A DNA stretch of 64,000 nucleotides, from contig QCGV01000002.1 in the NCBI GenBank assembly GCA_003278145.1, forward strand, positions 154,124 to 218,123, read 5' to 3'. The position numbers were made by a program, and so were the translations under genes. Below the pieces are notes generated by a model. The model did no database searches. It was not told the origin of the DNA and saw only the letters and a program-made list of their open reading frames with translations. The stretch is from OCS116 cluster bacterium AG-390-A19 (GTDB taxonomy: Bacteria; Pseudomonadota; Alphaproteobacteria; MED-G09). The number at the start of each line of letters is the position of its first letter. Position 1 is the stretch's first letter. Of the stretch, positions 1-10,034 are shown piece by piece.

Positions 1-738
1 AATCCTTTCTGGATCACGCATTTCTAATCTTGATAACTGTACTTTTGCTAATTCATTCTCTATTTCAAAAGCACTTAAAGCTTTCTGCTTAGGGTTTTTT
101 ATAGAAGCTAGCCTTAATAGATTTTCAATATGAGTAATATATGCACTACGAATCTCTTTATAATTATCTTCTAAATAATAATCCCTATCAGGAAGACCAA
201 GGCCACCTTGATCAATATAAATTGTATAATTTAGAGGATCCTTTAAATCATCGTAGATAAATATTCTTAAAGGTATAGATGACCCAGACTTAATAGATCG
301 TGAAAAATATTGCCAAAGATCTATAACATTTGATATCTCTGAGATTATTTTTAACTCAGGCAATATTGGATCGTAGCCCAGTCTATTGACTTTATCTCTA
401 TCAATGAAACTCTTATACAAATTAGCAATTTTCAATTCTTCATCAGAAATAAATCGATTATTATTTTCTATTCTTTCGATTATTTTTTTTATTAGCATAT
501 CCTGATTAGAATAAGACTCCTCTCTTAAAGTCATATATGAACCCCACCCAACTTGGTCGTCAGGTATAGGGGTATTATCCAACCAATTGCTATTAACATG
601 ATCGTAAAGACTATCTTGAGGTCTAACTAAATAATTAAACTCATTAGGGTTTATTCCAGATATTAAATCTTCAGCATAAGAAATAATTGAAGAAAATATG
701 ATATTTAAAAATAAGACTATATATATAATTGATTTCAT
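1..738 (-). CDS. M13-family metallopeptidase (PepO/endothelin-converting-enzyme-like), N-terminal part only; C-terminus lies beyond the left edge
   Basis: Minus-strand ORF starting at ATG 738 (not in ORF track because it runs off the window). Hand translation gives signal peptide MKSIIYIVLFLNIIFSSIISYA followed by DHVNSNWLDNTPIPDDQVGWGSYMTLREES...ANLYKSFIDRDKVNRLGYDPILPEL...IYIDQGGLGLPDRDYYL, which matches the conserved N-terminal domain of bacterial M13 peptidases. Confidence 0.55.
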   Translation of the reverse strand, partial: MKSIIYIVLFLNIIFSSIISYAEDLISGINPNEFNYLVRPQDSLYDHVNSNWLDNTPIPDDQVGWGSYMTLREESYSNQDMLIKKIIERIENNNRFISDEELKIANLYKSFIDRDKVNRLGYDPILPELKIISEISNVIDLWQYFSRSIKSGSSIPLRIFIYDDLKDPLNYTIYIDQGGLGLPDRDYYLEDNYKEIRSAYITHIENLLRLASIKNPKQKALSAFEIENELAKVQLSRLEMRDPERI

Positions 739-748
739 CGGCATTCCT

Positions 749-1543
749 TTACATTGCACTTATTCCGCCATCAATTTTCAATTCTGCTCCAGTTACAAAT
801 TTAGACTCATCACTCGCTAAGTAAAGAACTGCATAAGCAACATCGTCAGTATCACCAACAACGCCAAGAGGTATTTGCATAGAAAGTTTTTGTAAAAGTT
901 CATCGCGCTCAAGAGGCGGTTTATTTCCTCGTCCACCTGACAACCACCCGTCTAAAATTGGAGTATTAATAAATGTAGGATGAATTGAATTACATCTGAT
1001 TTGATAACCCTGTCTTGCGCAATGAAGAGCAACTGATTTAGACATCATCCAAACGCCTGCCTTGGCTGTATTGTATGAAACCATATTATGTCCTGCAATT
1101 AATCCAGATATAGAAGAAGTATTGACTATTGATCCAGGGGCATAATTCTTCATAATTGGAATAGCATATTTACAGCCCAAGAAAACACTATCTGTATCAA
1201 TCTTCATGATATTTTGAAATGTCTCATAGTCAGTATCTTCTACGGTAGATCCTCCACCAATTCCGGCATTATTAATCAGAATATTTAATCCGCCCATTGA
1301 GTCTTCCGCTTGCTTCAGAGCATTCTGCCACTGAGCTTCGGACGAGACATCCAGAGAAATGGCAAAAGCCGACCCTGAATAATCTTTATTAATTTTTTCA
1401 GCTACTTCTTTAGCTCCCTCTTCATTAATATCGGCAACAACAACTTTTGCCCCTTCTTTTGCAAGCATAGTCGCTATTGCCTCGCCAATACCTTGTGCTG
1501 CACCGGTAACGAAAGCCATTTTTCCTTCAACTCGTCCAGTCAT
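749..1543 (-). CDS. short-chain dehydrogenase/reductase (SDR) family oxidoreductase
   Basis: N-terminal TGAAQGIG Rossmann motif, NNAG, and catalytic YxxxK (YNTAKAGV); 264 aa is typical SDR length. Confidence 0.85.
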   Translation of the reverse strand: MTGRVEGKMAFVTGAAQGIGEAIATMLAKEGAKVVVADINEEGAKEVAEKINKDYSGSAFAISLDVSSEAQWQNALKQAEDSMGGLNILINNAGIGGGSTVEDTDYETFQNIMKIDTDSVFLGCKYAIPIMKNYAPGSIVNTSSISGLIAGHNMVSYNTAKAGVWMMSKSVALHCARQGYQIRCNSIHPTFINTPILDGWLSGGRGNKPPLERDELLQKLSMQIPLGVVGDTDDVAYAVLYLASDESKFVTGAELKIDGGISAM

Positions 1544-1611
1544 AATTTCCCCTAAACATATTTATAATTATAAAAAATTTATCTTATCCATCAAATTTAA
1601 AATGACTAGAA

Positions 1612-3639
1612 TTATCTTGTATATTCATTAAAAATTTGTTTTGAAAGAATAGCAGGAAGAATTTTAGGATTTTTGGTATCCTTTTTCCAATATAAATATA
1701 AAGGTACCCCTCCTCGCTTATATTTTTCAAGTTCTTCAGTTATTTTTGGATCGTAATTTGTCCAATCAGCTACGAGATAAATAATATTGCCGTTTGATAC
1801 CGACTCTTTAAAAAATTTTGAATTAAATACAACGGCTTCATTTACTTTACATGTTAAACACCAATCAGCAGTAAAGTTTACTAATACATTTTTACCTTCA
1901 GATCTATATTGATTAACCTTTGCTTTTTCCCAGCTTTCTCCAATTATTAATTCCTTTGGCGTTGATATCCTTTCAGCGTCATATGAGAAAATAATATAAA
2001 CAACGCCTAAAATAGCTAATGAAAATGATAAAAATTTATTAATAATTCTTATATGATTCATCTTGTAGATTGATAGAGAAGTAATAATTAAAAATAGCGC
2101 TATTAATAAATCCCTGAGACCAATAAAACCTGATTGTCTATGCACAACCCAAGCTAACCATATTGCCGTTAAAAGCATTGGGATTGACATTATTTGTCCT
2201 ACTTTAACCATCCATTCACCAGGCTTGGGCAATAAATTTAAACTAGAAGGTATCAATGATAAAAACATTGTTGGAAAAGCTACACCAAGACCCAATGATA
2301 AAAATATAAATGAAGACACATAGAATGGTTGTGAAAGCCCCCATCCTATAGCAGCTCCCATAAAGGGTCCTGTACAAGGTGTTGCCACAATTACTGTTAG
2401 ACAACCAAGTAATAAAGAATTTAAATATCCCGTACTCTTTGATCCTAAATTTCCTAACCTAGTAAAAGAGGTGCCTATTTCAATCTTAAAAAGCAGAATG
2501 AAAGCTATGCTAAAAAATAATAATGATAATAGGGTTGATACAACACTTGACTGCAATTGCCATCCCCAGCCAACAGCCTGGCCAAGATTTCTAAAAATAA
2601 AAGTAAGAGATAAAAGAGCTAGCATACTTAACTCGACTCCCAATCCAAATACTAAACCATGACGCCAAGCATTTTTTTCAGACGACTCTTTTACGAAAGA
2701 CATTACTTTAAGAGCTATAACAGGAAAAACACATGGCATAATATTTAAAATAATTCCGCCAAAGAAGGCGAGAATTATAGCAACCAGAAAGGATAAATTT
2801 GAAGTCTCTGGTATTTCTATTTTGTCAACATAGCTAATTGATTGATCAATTTGATAGGTCTGCTTAATATTAGCAAACTGTATCTCCAAAACGCCAATTG
2901 CATTTTTTGCATTGTTAGAATATTTGATTGGGCGTTCAACAATCAGTTTTGTAGAATTTTCTAAATTGTAAAAGTCTTGCTCTGATGAATATTTAATTAA
3001 ACCTTTGTTTTCAGGAAAAAAGTAGGCCTGAGTTATATCATTATTTTTATTCTCCCATTCTATTGAAAGATAATTATCAGATGCTTCAATTAATAATTTT
3101 CTGTCAAAGTTTATGGGTAATTCATTGTACCATGATGACAAAATTTCTCGTGAAACTTGAATGTCATCATCGGAATAACTGCTCAAATCAAAATCAATAA
3201 CGGCTTTCTCAGGTATACAAATTTTTTCACAAATCAAAAAATTTATTTCAAAAATAGACGGTCCATTTTTAATATAGTTACTATCAACAGAAAAAATTGC
3301 TGGTAGCACCACCTCATTATAATAACCATAAGTCATAAGAGGTTCCTCTGGAGTTTTCTGAGGAGAAGGCCATAAGAATTTTTTAAATTCTATTGATTCA
3401 GTATTTTTCCATTCAATCTCTGCAGGAAGTCCAGAATCGCCAGGATTTTTCCAATATATATGCCAACCAGGTTCAATCTCGAATTTGATGCCTATAACAA
3501 AATCTTCGTTAACAACTATCTCATTGGTCTCAACTAATAATTCAATTTTTGCATGACTTGTATCGACCGAAGCAAGTTTCGCATTTACGAAAAGCGGAAA
3601 AATAAAAATTATAAAAAATAATATTAATTTTTTCTTCAT
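1612..3639 (-). CDS. dsbD: thiol:disulfide interchange protein DsbD (three-domain: periplasmic alpha, TM beta, thioredoxin-like gamma)
   Basis: Signal peptide; central membrane domain with the paired Cys motifs PCVFP and TPCTGP; C-terminal thioredoxin fold with WCLTCK CxxC. Confidence 0.85.
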   Translation of the reverse strand: MKKKLILFFIIFIFPLFVNAKLASVDTSHAKIELLVETNEIVVNEDFVIGIKFEIEPGWHIYWKNPGDSGLPAEIEWKNTESIEFKKFLWPSPQKTPEEPLMTYGYYNEVVLPAIFSVDSNYIKNGPSIFEINFLICEKICIPEKAVIDFDLSSYSDDDIQVSREILSSWYNELPINFDRKLLIEASDNYLSIEWENKNNDITQAYFFPENKGLIKYSSEQDFYNLENSTKLIVERPIKYSNNAKNAIGVLEIQFANIKQTYQIDQSISYVDKIEIPETSNLSFLVAIILAFFGGIILNIMPCVFPVIALKVMSFVKESSEKNAWRHGLVFGLGVELSMLALLSLTFIFRNLGQAVGWGWQLQSSVVSTLLSLLFFSIAFILLFKIEIGTSFTRLGNLGSKSTGYLNSLLLGCLTVIVATPCTGPFMGAAIGWGLSQPFYVSSFIFLSLGLGVAFPTMFLSLIPSSLNLLPKPGEWMVKVGQIMSIPMLLTAIWLAWVVHRQSGFIGLRDLLIALFLIITSLSIYKMNHIRIINKFLSFSLAILGVVYIIFSYDAERISTPKELIIGESWEKAKVNQYRSEGKNVLVNFTADWCLTCKVNEAVVFNSKFFKESVSNGNIIYLVADWTNYDPKITEELEKYKRGGVPLYLYWKKDTKNPKILPAILSKQIFNEYTR

Positions 3640-3789
3640 AGTGGTTACTTTCTAATTATTCTCTAAACTTGATAATTGAACTTCAAATTTTTAAATCTTC
3701 AAAAGATTAACATTCATGCATAAACATATTAAAAGATCATTAAAGCAAAGTTTTAGTTTATGATAGCCTATTTATAAAGAATAAAAAAT

Positions 3790-4875
3790 TTGAAACCTAT
3801 GAAAAAAGAAAATGTTAAAATTCTTGGTATTGAAAGCAGTTGTGACGAAACGGCTGTTTCTATTGTTGAGGTTAGCAAAAATGATAAAGGTAAAATTTTA
3901 TCCAATATTGTTTTTAGCCAAATAGATGAGCACTCTCCATTTGGTGGAGTGGTTCCAGAAATAGCATCGAGATCTCATGTAGAGAGCTTAAGTCCATTAA
4001 TAGATCAAGCGCTTGAAGAGGCTTGTTTAAAAATTGAGGACATTGACGGAGTTGCAGCAACATCAGGGCCGGGACTAATAGGGGGATTAATTGTAGGGTT
4101 AACAACGGCAAAGGGGATAGCACTTGGTTTGAATATACCCCTTATAGGGGTTAATCACCTCGAAGGTCATGCTCTTACCCCTATTCTTACAAATGATATT
4201 TCACCACCCTACATTTTGTTGCTTGTGTCAGGTGGACATACTCAACTAATTATGGTCAAAAGTATTGGTCAATACTCCCAAATTGGAACAACAATTGATG
4301 ATGCTGCAGGCGAAGCTTTTGATAAAGCAGCTAAATTTTTAGATATTGGATATCCTGGTGGTCCAGCATTAGAAAATTTAGCAAAGAAAGGTAATAATAA
4401 AAAATATAATTTTCCAAGGCCTTTGCAGAACTCTAATGAGTGTAATTTTTCTTTTTCTGGACTAAAAACTTCTTTAATTAGAGAGGCAAAGAAAATTGAA
4501 CCGATTAATGATGAAACACTTGCTGATTTAGCAGCTTCATATCAAGAGGCAATAATAGATTGTATAAAAATGAAATCAGAAAAAGCTATTAGAAATATTT
4601 TGAAGGAAAATCAAAATACTGAAATTCAATATTTTGTAGCTTCCGGTGGTGTTGCATCAAATAAAGCCATTAGAGATAGTTTAACAGTCCTTGCAAATAA
4701 GCATAAAATGAAATTCATCGCACCTCCAATTAAATTTTGTACAGATAATGCAGCAATGATAGCATGGGTAGGGGGCTTAAGATTACTAAGAGGTCAAAAA
4801 GATAAATTGGATATTCCAGCAAGAGCAAGATGGTCACTTGAAGAGATCAAAATTCGAGAGGTAGTAAATGAATAA
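3790..4875 (+). CDS. tsaD: tRNA N6-adenosine threonylcarbamoyltransferase TsaD (Kae1/YgjD)
   Basis: LGIESSCDETAVSIV N-terminus, HLEGH metal site, GGVASN; 361 aa. Confidence 0.9.
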   Translation: MKPMKKENVKILGIESSCDETAVSIVEVSKNDKGKILSNIVFSQIDEHSPFGGVVPEIASRSHVESLSPLIDQALEEACLKIEDIDGVAATSGPGLIGGLIVGLTTAKGIALGLNIPLIGVNHLEGHALTPILTNDISPPYILLLVSGGHTQLIMVKSIGQYSQIGTTIDDAAGEAFDKAAKFLDIGYPGGPALENLAKKGNNKKYNFPRPLQNSNECNFSFSGLKTSLIREAKKIEPINDETLADLAASYQEAIIDCIKMKSEKAIRNILKENQNTEIQYFVASGGVASNKAIRDSLTVLANKHKMKFIAPPIKFCTDNAAMIAWVGGLRLLRGQKDKLDIPARARWSLEEIKIREVVNE

Positions 4876-5878
4876 GAATAATCAATATTACAAAAAGATC
4901 TCTGTCATTGGTGCCGGCGCATGGGGAACAGCCTTGGCTGAAGTAATAAGTCGTCAGGGCAATGAGGTAAATCTATGGGCTAGAGAGGATAATGTAGTAA
5001 AGAGTATAAATACTTCAAATACGAATGATCTTTATTTACCCAATATTAAGTTATCTAAACTTATAAGTGCGCATAATAATCTTAATGATGTTTTAAACTG
5101 TGATTTAATGTTAATGGTTACTCCTTCGCAATTCATGCGGTCTATTCTTAATGATATAAAAGATAATCTTCATGATTCAGTACCAATTGTTTTATGTTCT
5201 AAAGGTATAGAGACAAAAACATTAAACCTAATGAGCGAAATAGCAGAGGCCATTATACCAAATAATCCTCTGGCTGTTTTATCTGGACCAAGTTTTGCAA
5301 TTGACGTGGTAAACAATAAACCAACTGCTGTTACTTTAGCTTGCAAAGACCCAGATATTGGAAAAAATATTGCCAACAGCATAAGCCTTCCAACATTTAG
5401 ACCATATTTAAGCGAAGATGTTATAGGTGCCCAAATAGGTGGTGCTACCAAAAATGTTATAGCTATAGCGGCTGGAGTTGTAGAAGGACAAAATCTTGGT
5501 GACAGCGCTCGTGCGGCAACTATAGCAAGGGGTTACAGCGAAATAAATCGCTTAGCTGTTGCATTGGGAGGTCAAGAGGAGACATTATCCGGCTTATCTG
5601 GAATGGGAGATTTATTGCTAACATGTAACTCTGTAACCTCACGAAATTTTTCGCTAGGAATAAAGCTGGGACAAGGACTAAGTACAGAGGAAGCTACAAA
5701 TAATTTATCTTCTGTTGCAGAAGGAATGTATTCAGCAAAGTCTATAGATAAATTATCAGATAAACTTGGTATTGAAATGCCAATAACGAATGCTGTTAAT
5801 GATTTAATAGAGAAAAATAGATCAGTTGATGAAATAATTGATAGTCTTCTCTCACGGCCTATAAAAAAGGAGAAATAA
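4868..5878 (+). CDS. gpsA: NAD(P)H-dependent glycerol-3-phosphate dehydrogenase
   Basis: ISVIGAGAWGTALA Rossmann N-terminus, GAQIGGATKNVIAIAAG motif; overlaps tsaD by 8 nt. Confidence 0.9.
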   Translation: MNKNNQYYKKISVIGAGAWGTALAEVISRQGNEVNLWAREDNVVKSINTSNTNDLYLPNIKLSKLISAHNNLNDVLNCDLMLMVTPSQFMRSILNDIKDNLHDSVPIVLCSKGIETKTLNLMSEIAEAIIPNNPLAVLSGPSFAIDVVNNKPTAVTLACKDPDIGKNIANSISLPTFRPYLSEDVIGAQIGGATKNVIAIAAGVVEGQNLGDSARAATIARGYSEINRLAVALGGQEETLSGLSGMGDLLLTCNSVTSRNFSLGIKLGQGLSTEEATNNLSSVAEGMYSAKSIDKLSDKLGIEMPITNAVNDLIEKNRSVDEIIDSLLSRPIKKEK

Positions 5879-6147
5879 TGCTTTACTGTTTAATTTGCCA
5901 AGACAAAGAAAATGCTATTGAGACAAGAATGCAAAATAGAGAAGATCATTTAAAGTATGTCGCTGAAACTAATGTGGTAAAATATGCTGGTCCATTTTTA
6001 TCCGAAGATGATACAATGATAGGAAGTTTAATTGTTATAGATGTCGAAAATAAAGATGAAGCGAATAAATGGTCAGAGAATGATCCCTATAAAAAAGCAG
6101 GTCTTTTTAGGAAAGTGGAAATTTTTAAATTCAAACATCTAATCTAA
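5878..6147 (+). CDS. YciI-like small protein
   Basis: 89 aa, MLY...AGPF...NDPY.KAGL pattern of the YciI family; start overlaps gpsA stop. Confidence 0.65.
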   Translation: MLYCLICQDKENAIETRMQNREDHLKYVAETNVVKYAGPFLSEDDTMIGSLIVIDVENKDEANKWSENDPYKKAGLFRKVEIFKFKHLI

Positions 6148-6332
6148 AAATCACTAGTAATACCATTTTTCTCCCAATCATTAAATCTAGTAGGCTCAGG
6201 TCCATCTCGTCCATCTAGCTCTTTAGGAAGCCTTACCCTAGCCGATTTATTTTTTCTTGCAGCTGCCTCTTCCAATGCTTTCCGAGCATTAATTTTTTGC
6301 TTTTCTTTAATTTTATCTAAGTTTTTGGACAT
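6144..6332 (-). CDS. DUF1674 (SDHAF4-like) small protein
   Basis: 62 aa; C-terminal GPEPTRFNDWEKNGITSDF matches the DUF1674 signature (EPTRYGDWE.KGR.SDF). Confidence 0.6.
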   Translation of the reverse strand: MSKNLDKIKEKQKINARKALEEAAARKNKSARVRLPKELDGRDGPEPTRFNDWEKNGITSDF

Positions 6333-6371
6333 AAAGATATATATAGCCTAACAATAGAAGAAAATAAAAGC

Positions 6372-7694
6372 TTGATTATGAATAATTTAAAAAAAAATAA
6401 TATTAATAATGATGGAGCTTATACTAGAAAAAAAGCTATAGAAATTCTGGTAAAAATTCTTGAGAACAATAAACCATTAGATAATGCGTTCGAAGAATCG
6501 ACAAAAAAAAGCTCACATTTTTCTAAACTTATAAATGAAGACAAATCATTCTGCAGGCTTCTTATTTCCACAACGCTTAGAAATTTAACATCAATTGATT
6601 ATCTATTAACTAAATTTTTGTCAAAACCACTAAATAAGACACCATTAAAAGTTTTAGCGATTTTAAGGATTAATGTAGCTCAAAGCTTCTTTTTAAAAAC
6701 TCCAGATCATGCTGTTGTTAATACAGCGGTGGAATTATGTGGAAAAAAATGGAAAGGTTTAGTTAACGGTGTAAGTAGAGAAATTTTAAGAAATAAAGAA
6801 AAAGCAAAAAAATATCTCAATGAAAGCGATAAAGTTCCAGATTGGTTATTGAGAAGATGGAAAAGAGATTGGGGTAAAAATTATAATGATATTGTCACAG
6901 GGCATCTTAACTTAAATCCACCAATAGATCTTTATGTAAAAAATAATGCAGATTATTGGGCGAGAAAATTAAATGGAAAAAAATTAGGGAATAATTCCGT
7001 ACGACTTTTTACACCAGGATTAATATCGGATTTAGAAGGGTATGAGCTTGGTGAATGGTGGATTCAAGATTATTCATCTCAGATACCTGTCAGTTTATTA
7101 GAAATACAAAATAATGATGATGTGCTTGACTTATGCGCGGCTCCAGGTGGAAAAACTGCACAGTTAATTTCTCTAGGAGCAAAAGTTACATCTATAGATA
7201 ATAATAAAAAAAGACTGTTTAGACTTGAGCAGAATCTTCAAAGGCTGAACTATCAAGCTATTATAGAAAATAAAGATATTAGAAATTTTTCAACACAAAA
7301 AACTTGGCCAAAGATTATCTTAGATGCTCCTTGTTCATCTACTGGGACTCTTAGAAAGAATCCTGAAATAATGCATCAAAAAAAAGAGAGCGATATAGTC
7401 TCTCTATCCAAACTTCAATCTGATTTGCTTGATACTGCTTGGGATTTATTAAAAGAAGATGGCACACTACTATATTGTACTTGTTCTCTAGAAAAAGAAG
7501 AAGGCGAACATCAAATAGAAAATTTCATAAAAAGAAAAAAAAATTCACTATTAGATAAAATAAATAATAATGAAATTGATAAAAAACTTAATGTGTCTAA
7601 TCAAAATAAATGGCTTAGAATCTTTCCAAATAGCCTAAATTATGAAGGAGGAAATGATGGTTTTTTTATTGCAAGGATTAAGAAAATTACTTGA
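6372..7694 (+). CDS. rsmB: 16S rRNA (cytosine967-C5)-methyltransferase RsmB (NusB-like N-domain + NOL1/NOP2/Sun MTase)
   Basis: LDLCAAPGGKT SAM motif, catalytic DAPCS.TG and CTCS cysteines. Confidence 0.8.
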   Translation: MIMNNLKKNNINNDGAYTRKKAIEILVKILENNKPLDNAFEESTKKSSHFSKLINEDKSFCRLLISTTLRNLTSIDYLLTKFLSKPLNKTPLKVLAILRINVAQSFFLKTPDHAVVNTAVELCGKKWKGLVNGVSREILRNKEKAKKYLNESDKVPDWLLRRWKRDWGKNYNDIVTGHLNLNPPIDLYVKNNADYWARKLNGKKLGNNSVRLFTPGLISDLEGYELGEWWIQDYSSQIPVSLLEIQNNDDVLDLCAAPGGKTAQLISLGAKVTSIDNNKKRLFRLEQNLQRLNYQAIIENKDIRNFSTQKTWPKIILDAPCSSTGTLRKNPEIMHQKKESDIVSLSKLQSDLLDTAWDLLKEDGTLLYCTCSLEKEEGEHQIENFIKRKKNSLLDKINNNEIDKKLNVSNQNKWLRIFPNSLNYEGGNDGFFIARIKKIT

Positions 7695-7733
7695 GAACTT
7701 GCTTCAAAATAAAAGCTCTGTTAATGAGTCTAA

Positions 7734-8396
7734 ATGACCAATGAAATAAAAATTTCCCCCTCTATCTTATCAGCTGACTTTTCTTGCCTAGGAAAAGAAA
7801 TTGAGGCAATCACAAATGCTGGTGCAGATTATATCCATGTGGATGTTATGGATGGTCACTTTGTACCTAACTTAACAATTGGTCCTGAAGTTATAAAAGA
7901 TATTAGAAAATCATCCACAAGAACTTTCGATGTTCATTTGATGATTGAACCGGTAGATCCGCTCCTTGAAAGTTTTGCAGATGCTGGATCAGATATAATT
8001 ACCTTCCACCCTGAGGCGGAAAAAAATCCGAAAGAAACTATTAAAAAAATAAAAAAATTAGGATGCAAAAGTGGTCTCTCTTTAAATCCATCAACAAATG
8101 AAAATGTTCTTGAAGACCTAATTATGGATCTAGATTTGATTTTAGTTATGACTGTAGTTCCAGGTTTCGGGGGGCAAAGTTTTATAGAAGATCAGCTTAT
8201 TAAAATAAAAAAAATAAGAGAAATGATTAATCAATCTGGGAAAAACATTGACCTAGAAGTTGATGGTGGGATTAATTTTGAAACCGCCCCAAAAGTTATT
8301 GAAGCGGGCGCTAATGTTTTAGTAGCAGGTACAGCAACGTTTAGTGGTGGACCGGATATGTATGAAAAGAATATTAAAACTTTAAGGGGTTTATAA
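7734..8396 (+). CDS. rpe: ribulose-phosphate 3-epimerase
   Basis: ISPSILSADF...HVDVMDGHFVPN...DGGI signature. Confidence 0.9.
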   Translation: MTNEIKISPSILSADFSCLGKEIEAITNAGADYIHVDVMDGHFVPNLTIGPEVIKDIRKSSTRTFDVHLMIEPVDPLLESFADAGSDIITFHPEAEKNPKETIKKIKKLGCKSGLSLNPSTNENVLEDLIMDLDLILVMTVVPGFGGQSFIEDQLIKIKKIREMINQSGKNIDLEVDGGINFETAPKVIEAGANVLVAGTATFSGGPDMYEKNIKTLRGL

Positions 8397-9977
8397 ATGA
8401 CAGCTATAAAGAGAGCGCTTATCTCAGTTTCTGATAAAAAAGGAATAGTTAAATTTGCAAGCGCCCTTAATAACGCTGGAATTGAAATTATATCTACGGG
8501 TGGAACATTTTCTGAGCTTAAGAGTGCTAATATAGATGTTAAGGATGTGTCATCAGTAACAAACTTTCCAGAAATATTAGACGGAAGGGTTAAAACCTTA
8601 CATCCAAAAATACATGGTGGACTTTTAAATATACGAAGCAATAAAGATCATCAAAAAACAATTAGTGAGCAAGAAATTGAAAATATTGATTTGTTGATTG
8701 TTAACTTATACCCCTTTGAAGATACTATTAAAAATAAATCTGATTATAAAACCTGTATTGAAAATATAGATATAGGAGGACCTGCTATGATAAGGGCTGC
8801 GGCTAAAAATCATGAAAGTGTAGGCGTTATTGTTGACCCAGACGATTATGATGAGATTATTAATGAAATGAATGATAATGATTTGTCATTAACAAAAGAG
8901 ACTCTCAAAAAATTAGCATTTAAAGCATTTGCCAGAACAGCAGCCTATGACTCAATTATATCAAATTGGCTATCAAATGAACTGGATATACCATTAGGGA
9001 AATATAAGTCTATTGGAGGAATTGAACATCAAAACCTTAGATATGGAGAAAACCCACATCAAAAAGCAAAATTCTATAACGACGGTTCAAATGTTTGTGG
9101 GTTAATAACGGCCAATCAAATTCAAGGAAAAGAGCTTAGTTATAATAACATAAATGATACTAACGCAGCATTTGAATTAGTTTCAGAGTTTGATCCCAAC
9201 TTAAAATCTGCAGTTGCTATAATTAAGCACGCAAATCCATGCGGCGTTGCTACAGGTGATAACTTAAATTCAGCATACAAAAAGGCCTTGAGATGCGACT
9301 CCGTATCAGCATTTGGAGGCATTATTGCATTGAACAAAGAATTAGATAGTGAGACAGCCAAGGAAATTTCAGAAATATTTACAGAAGTAATCATTGCCCC
9401 ATCCATAAGCGATGGAGCAATAAATATTTTATCTAGTAAGAAAAATCTTAGGGTTTTAATCACAGGCGGATTAGCCGATCCAAAAAAATCTGGTGTAATG
9501 ATAAAGTCTGTTGCAGGAGGATTTCTAGCACAAACAAAAGATAACATTATAGTTGATAAAGAGAATTTAAAAGTTGTCACCAAAAGACAGCCTTCAGAGC
9601 AGGAACTTGATGACTTATTGTTTGCTTTCAAAGTTGCTAAGCATGTTAAATCAAATGCAATTGTTTATGCAAAAGATGGTTCAACTGTAGGTATTGGCGC
9701 TGGTCAAATGAACCGACTTGATTCTTCGAGAATAGCTGCTCGAAAATCTGATGATGCAGCAAAAATGATAAATTTAGAAGAACCACTGGCTGTTGGTTCG
9801 GTTGTTGCATCAGATGCATTTTTTCCATTTGCTGATGGGCTTATGGCAGCCGCCGATGCTGGTGTTACCGCTATAATTCAGCCAGGTGGATCAATTAGAG
9901 ATGATGAAGTGATCGAGGCAGCGAACAATGCAGGACTTGCAATGTTATTTACTGGGATAAGGCACTTCAATCATTAA
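8397..9977 (+). CDS. purH: bifunctional AICAR formyltransferase / IMP cyclohydrolase
   Basis: [11 protein letters not shown]...ISTGGT MGS-like N-domain and AICARFT C-domain; 526 aa. Confidence 0.95.
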   Translation: MTAIKRALISVSDKKGIVKFASALNNAGIEIISTGGTFSELKSANIDVKDVSSVTNFPEILDGRVKTLHPKIHGGLLNIRSNKDHQKTISEQEIENIDLLIVNLYPFEDTIKNKSDYKTCIENIDIGGPAMIRAAAKNHESVGVIVDPDDYDEIINEMNDNDLSLTKETLKKLAFKAFARTAAYDSIISNWLSNELDIPLGKYKSIGGIEHQNLRYGENPHQKAKFYNDGSNVCGLITANQIQGKELSYNNINDTNAAFELVSEFDPNLKSAVAIIKHANPCGVATGDNLNSAYKKALRCDSVSAFGGIIALNKELDSETAKEISEIFTEVIIAPSISDGAINILSSKKNLRVLITGGLADPKKSGVMIKSVAGGFLAQTKDNIIVDKENLKVVTKRQPSEQELDDLLFAFKVAKHVKSNAIVYAKDGSTVGIGAGQMNRLDSSRIAARKSDDAAKMINLEEPLAVGSVVASDAFFPFADGLMAAADAGVTAIIQPGGSIRDDEVIEAANNAGLAMLFTGIRHFNH

Positions 9978-10034
9978 AAATTCTTTATGAATCTATTTTA
10001 TAAATTGCCACTGTTTATACTTGTAAAACCAAGT

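Noticed and set aside
2471-2662. Dozens of 60-200-aa ORFs in the six-frame track lying antisense to or inside long conserved genes (for example 2471-2662, 3914-4123, 5170-5451, 8231-8641, 9140-9631, 13200-13535, 14679-15190, 25959-26273, 34478-34801, 42538-43134, 45521-45832, 49393-49752, 58970-59278, 61601-61849, 62103-62366)
   Set aside because: Each is fully embedded in a gene with strong family signatures on the other strand or frame. Their products are low-complexity (Leu/Ser/Phe/Ile-rich, the mirror image of AT-rich coding DNA) with no recognisable domains. They are treated as spurious.
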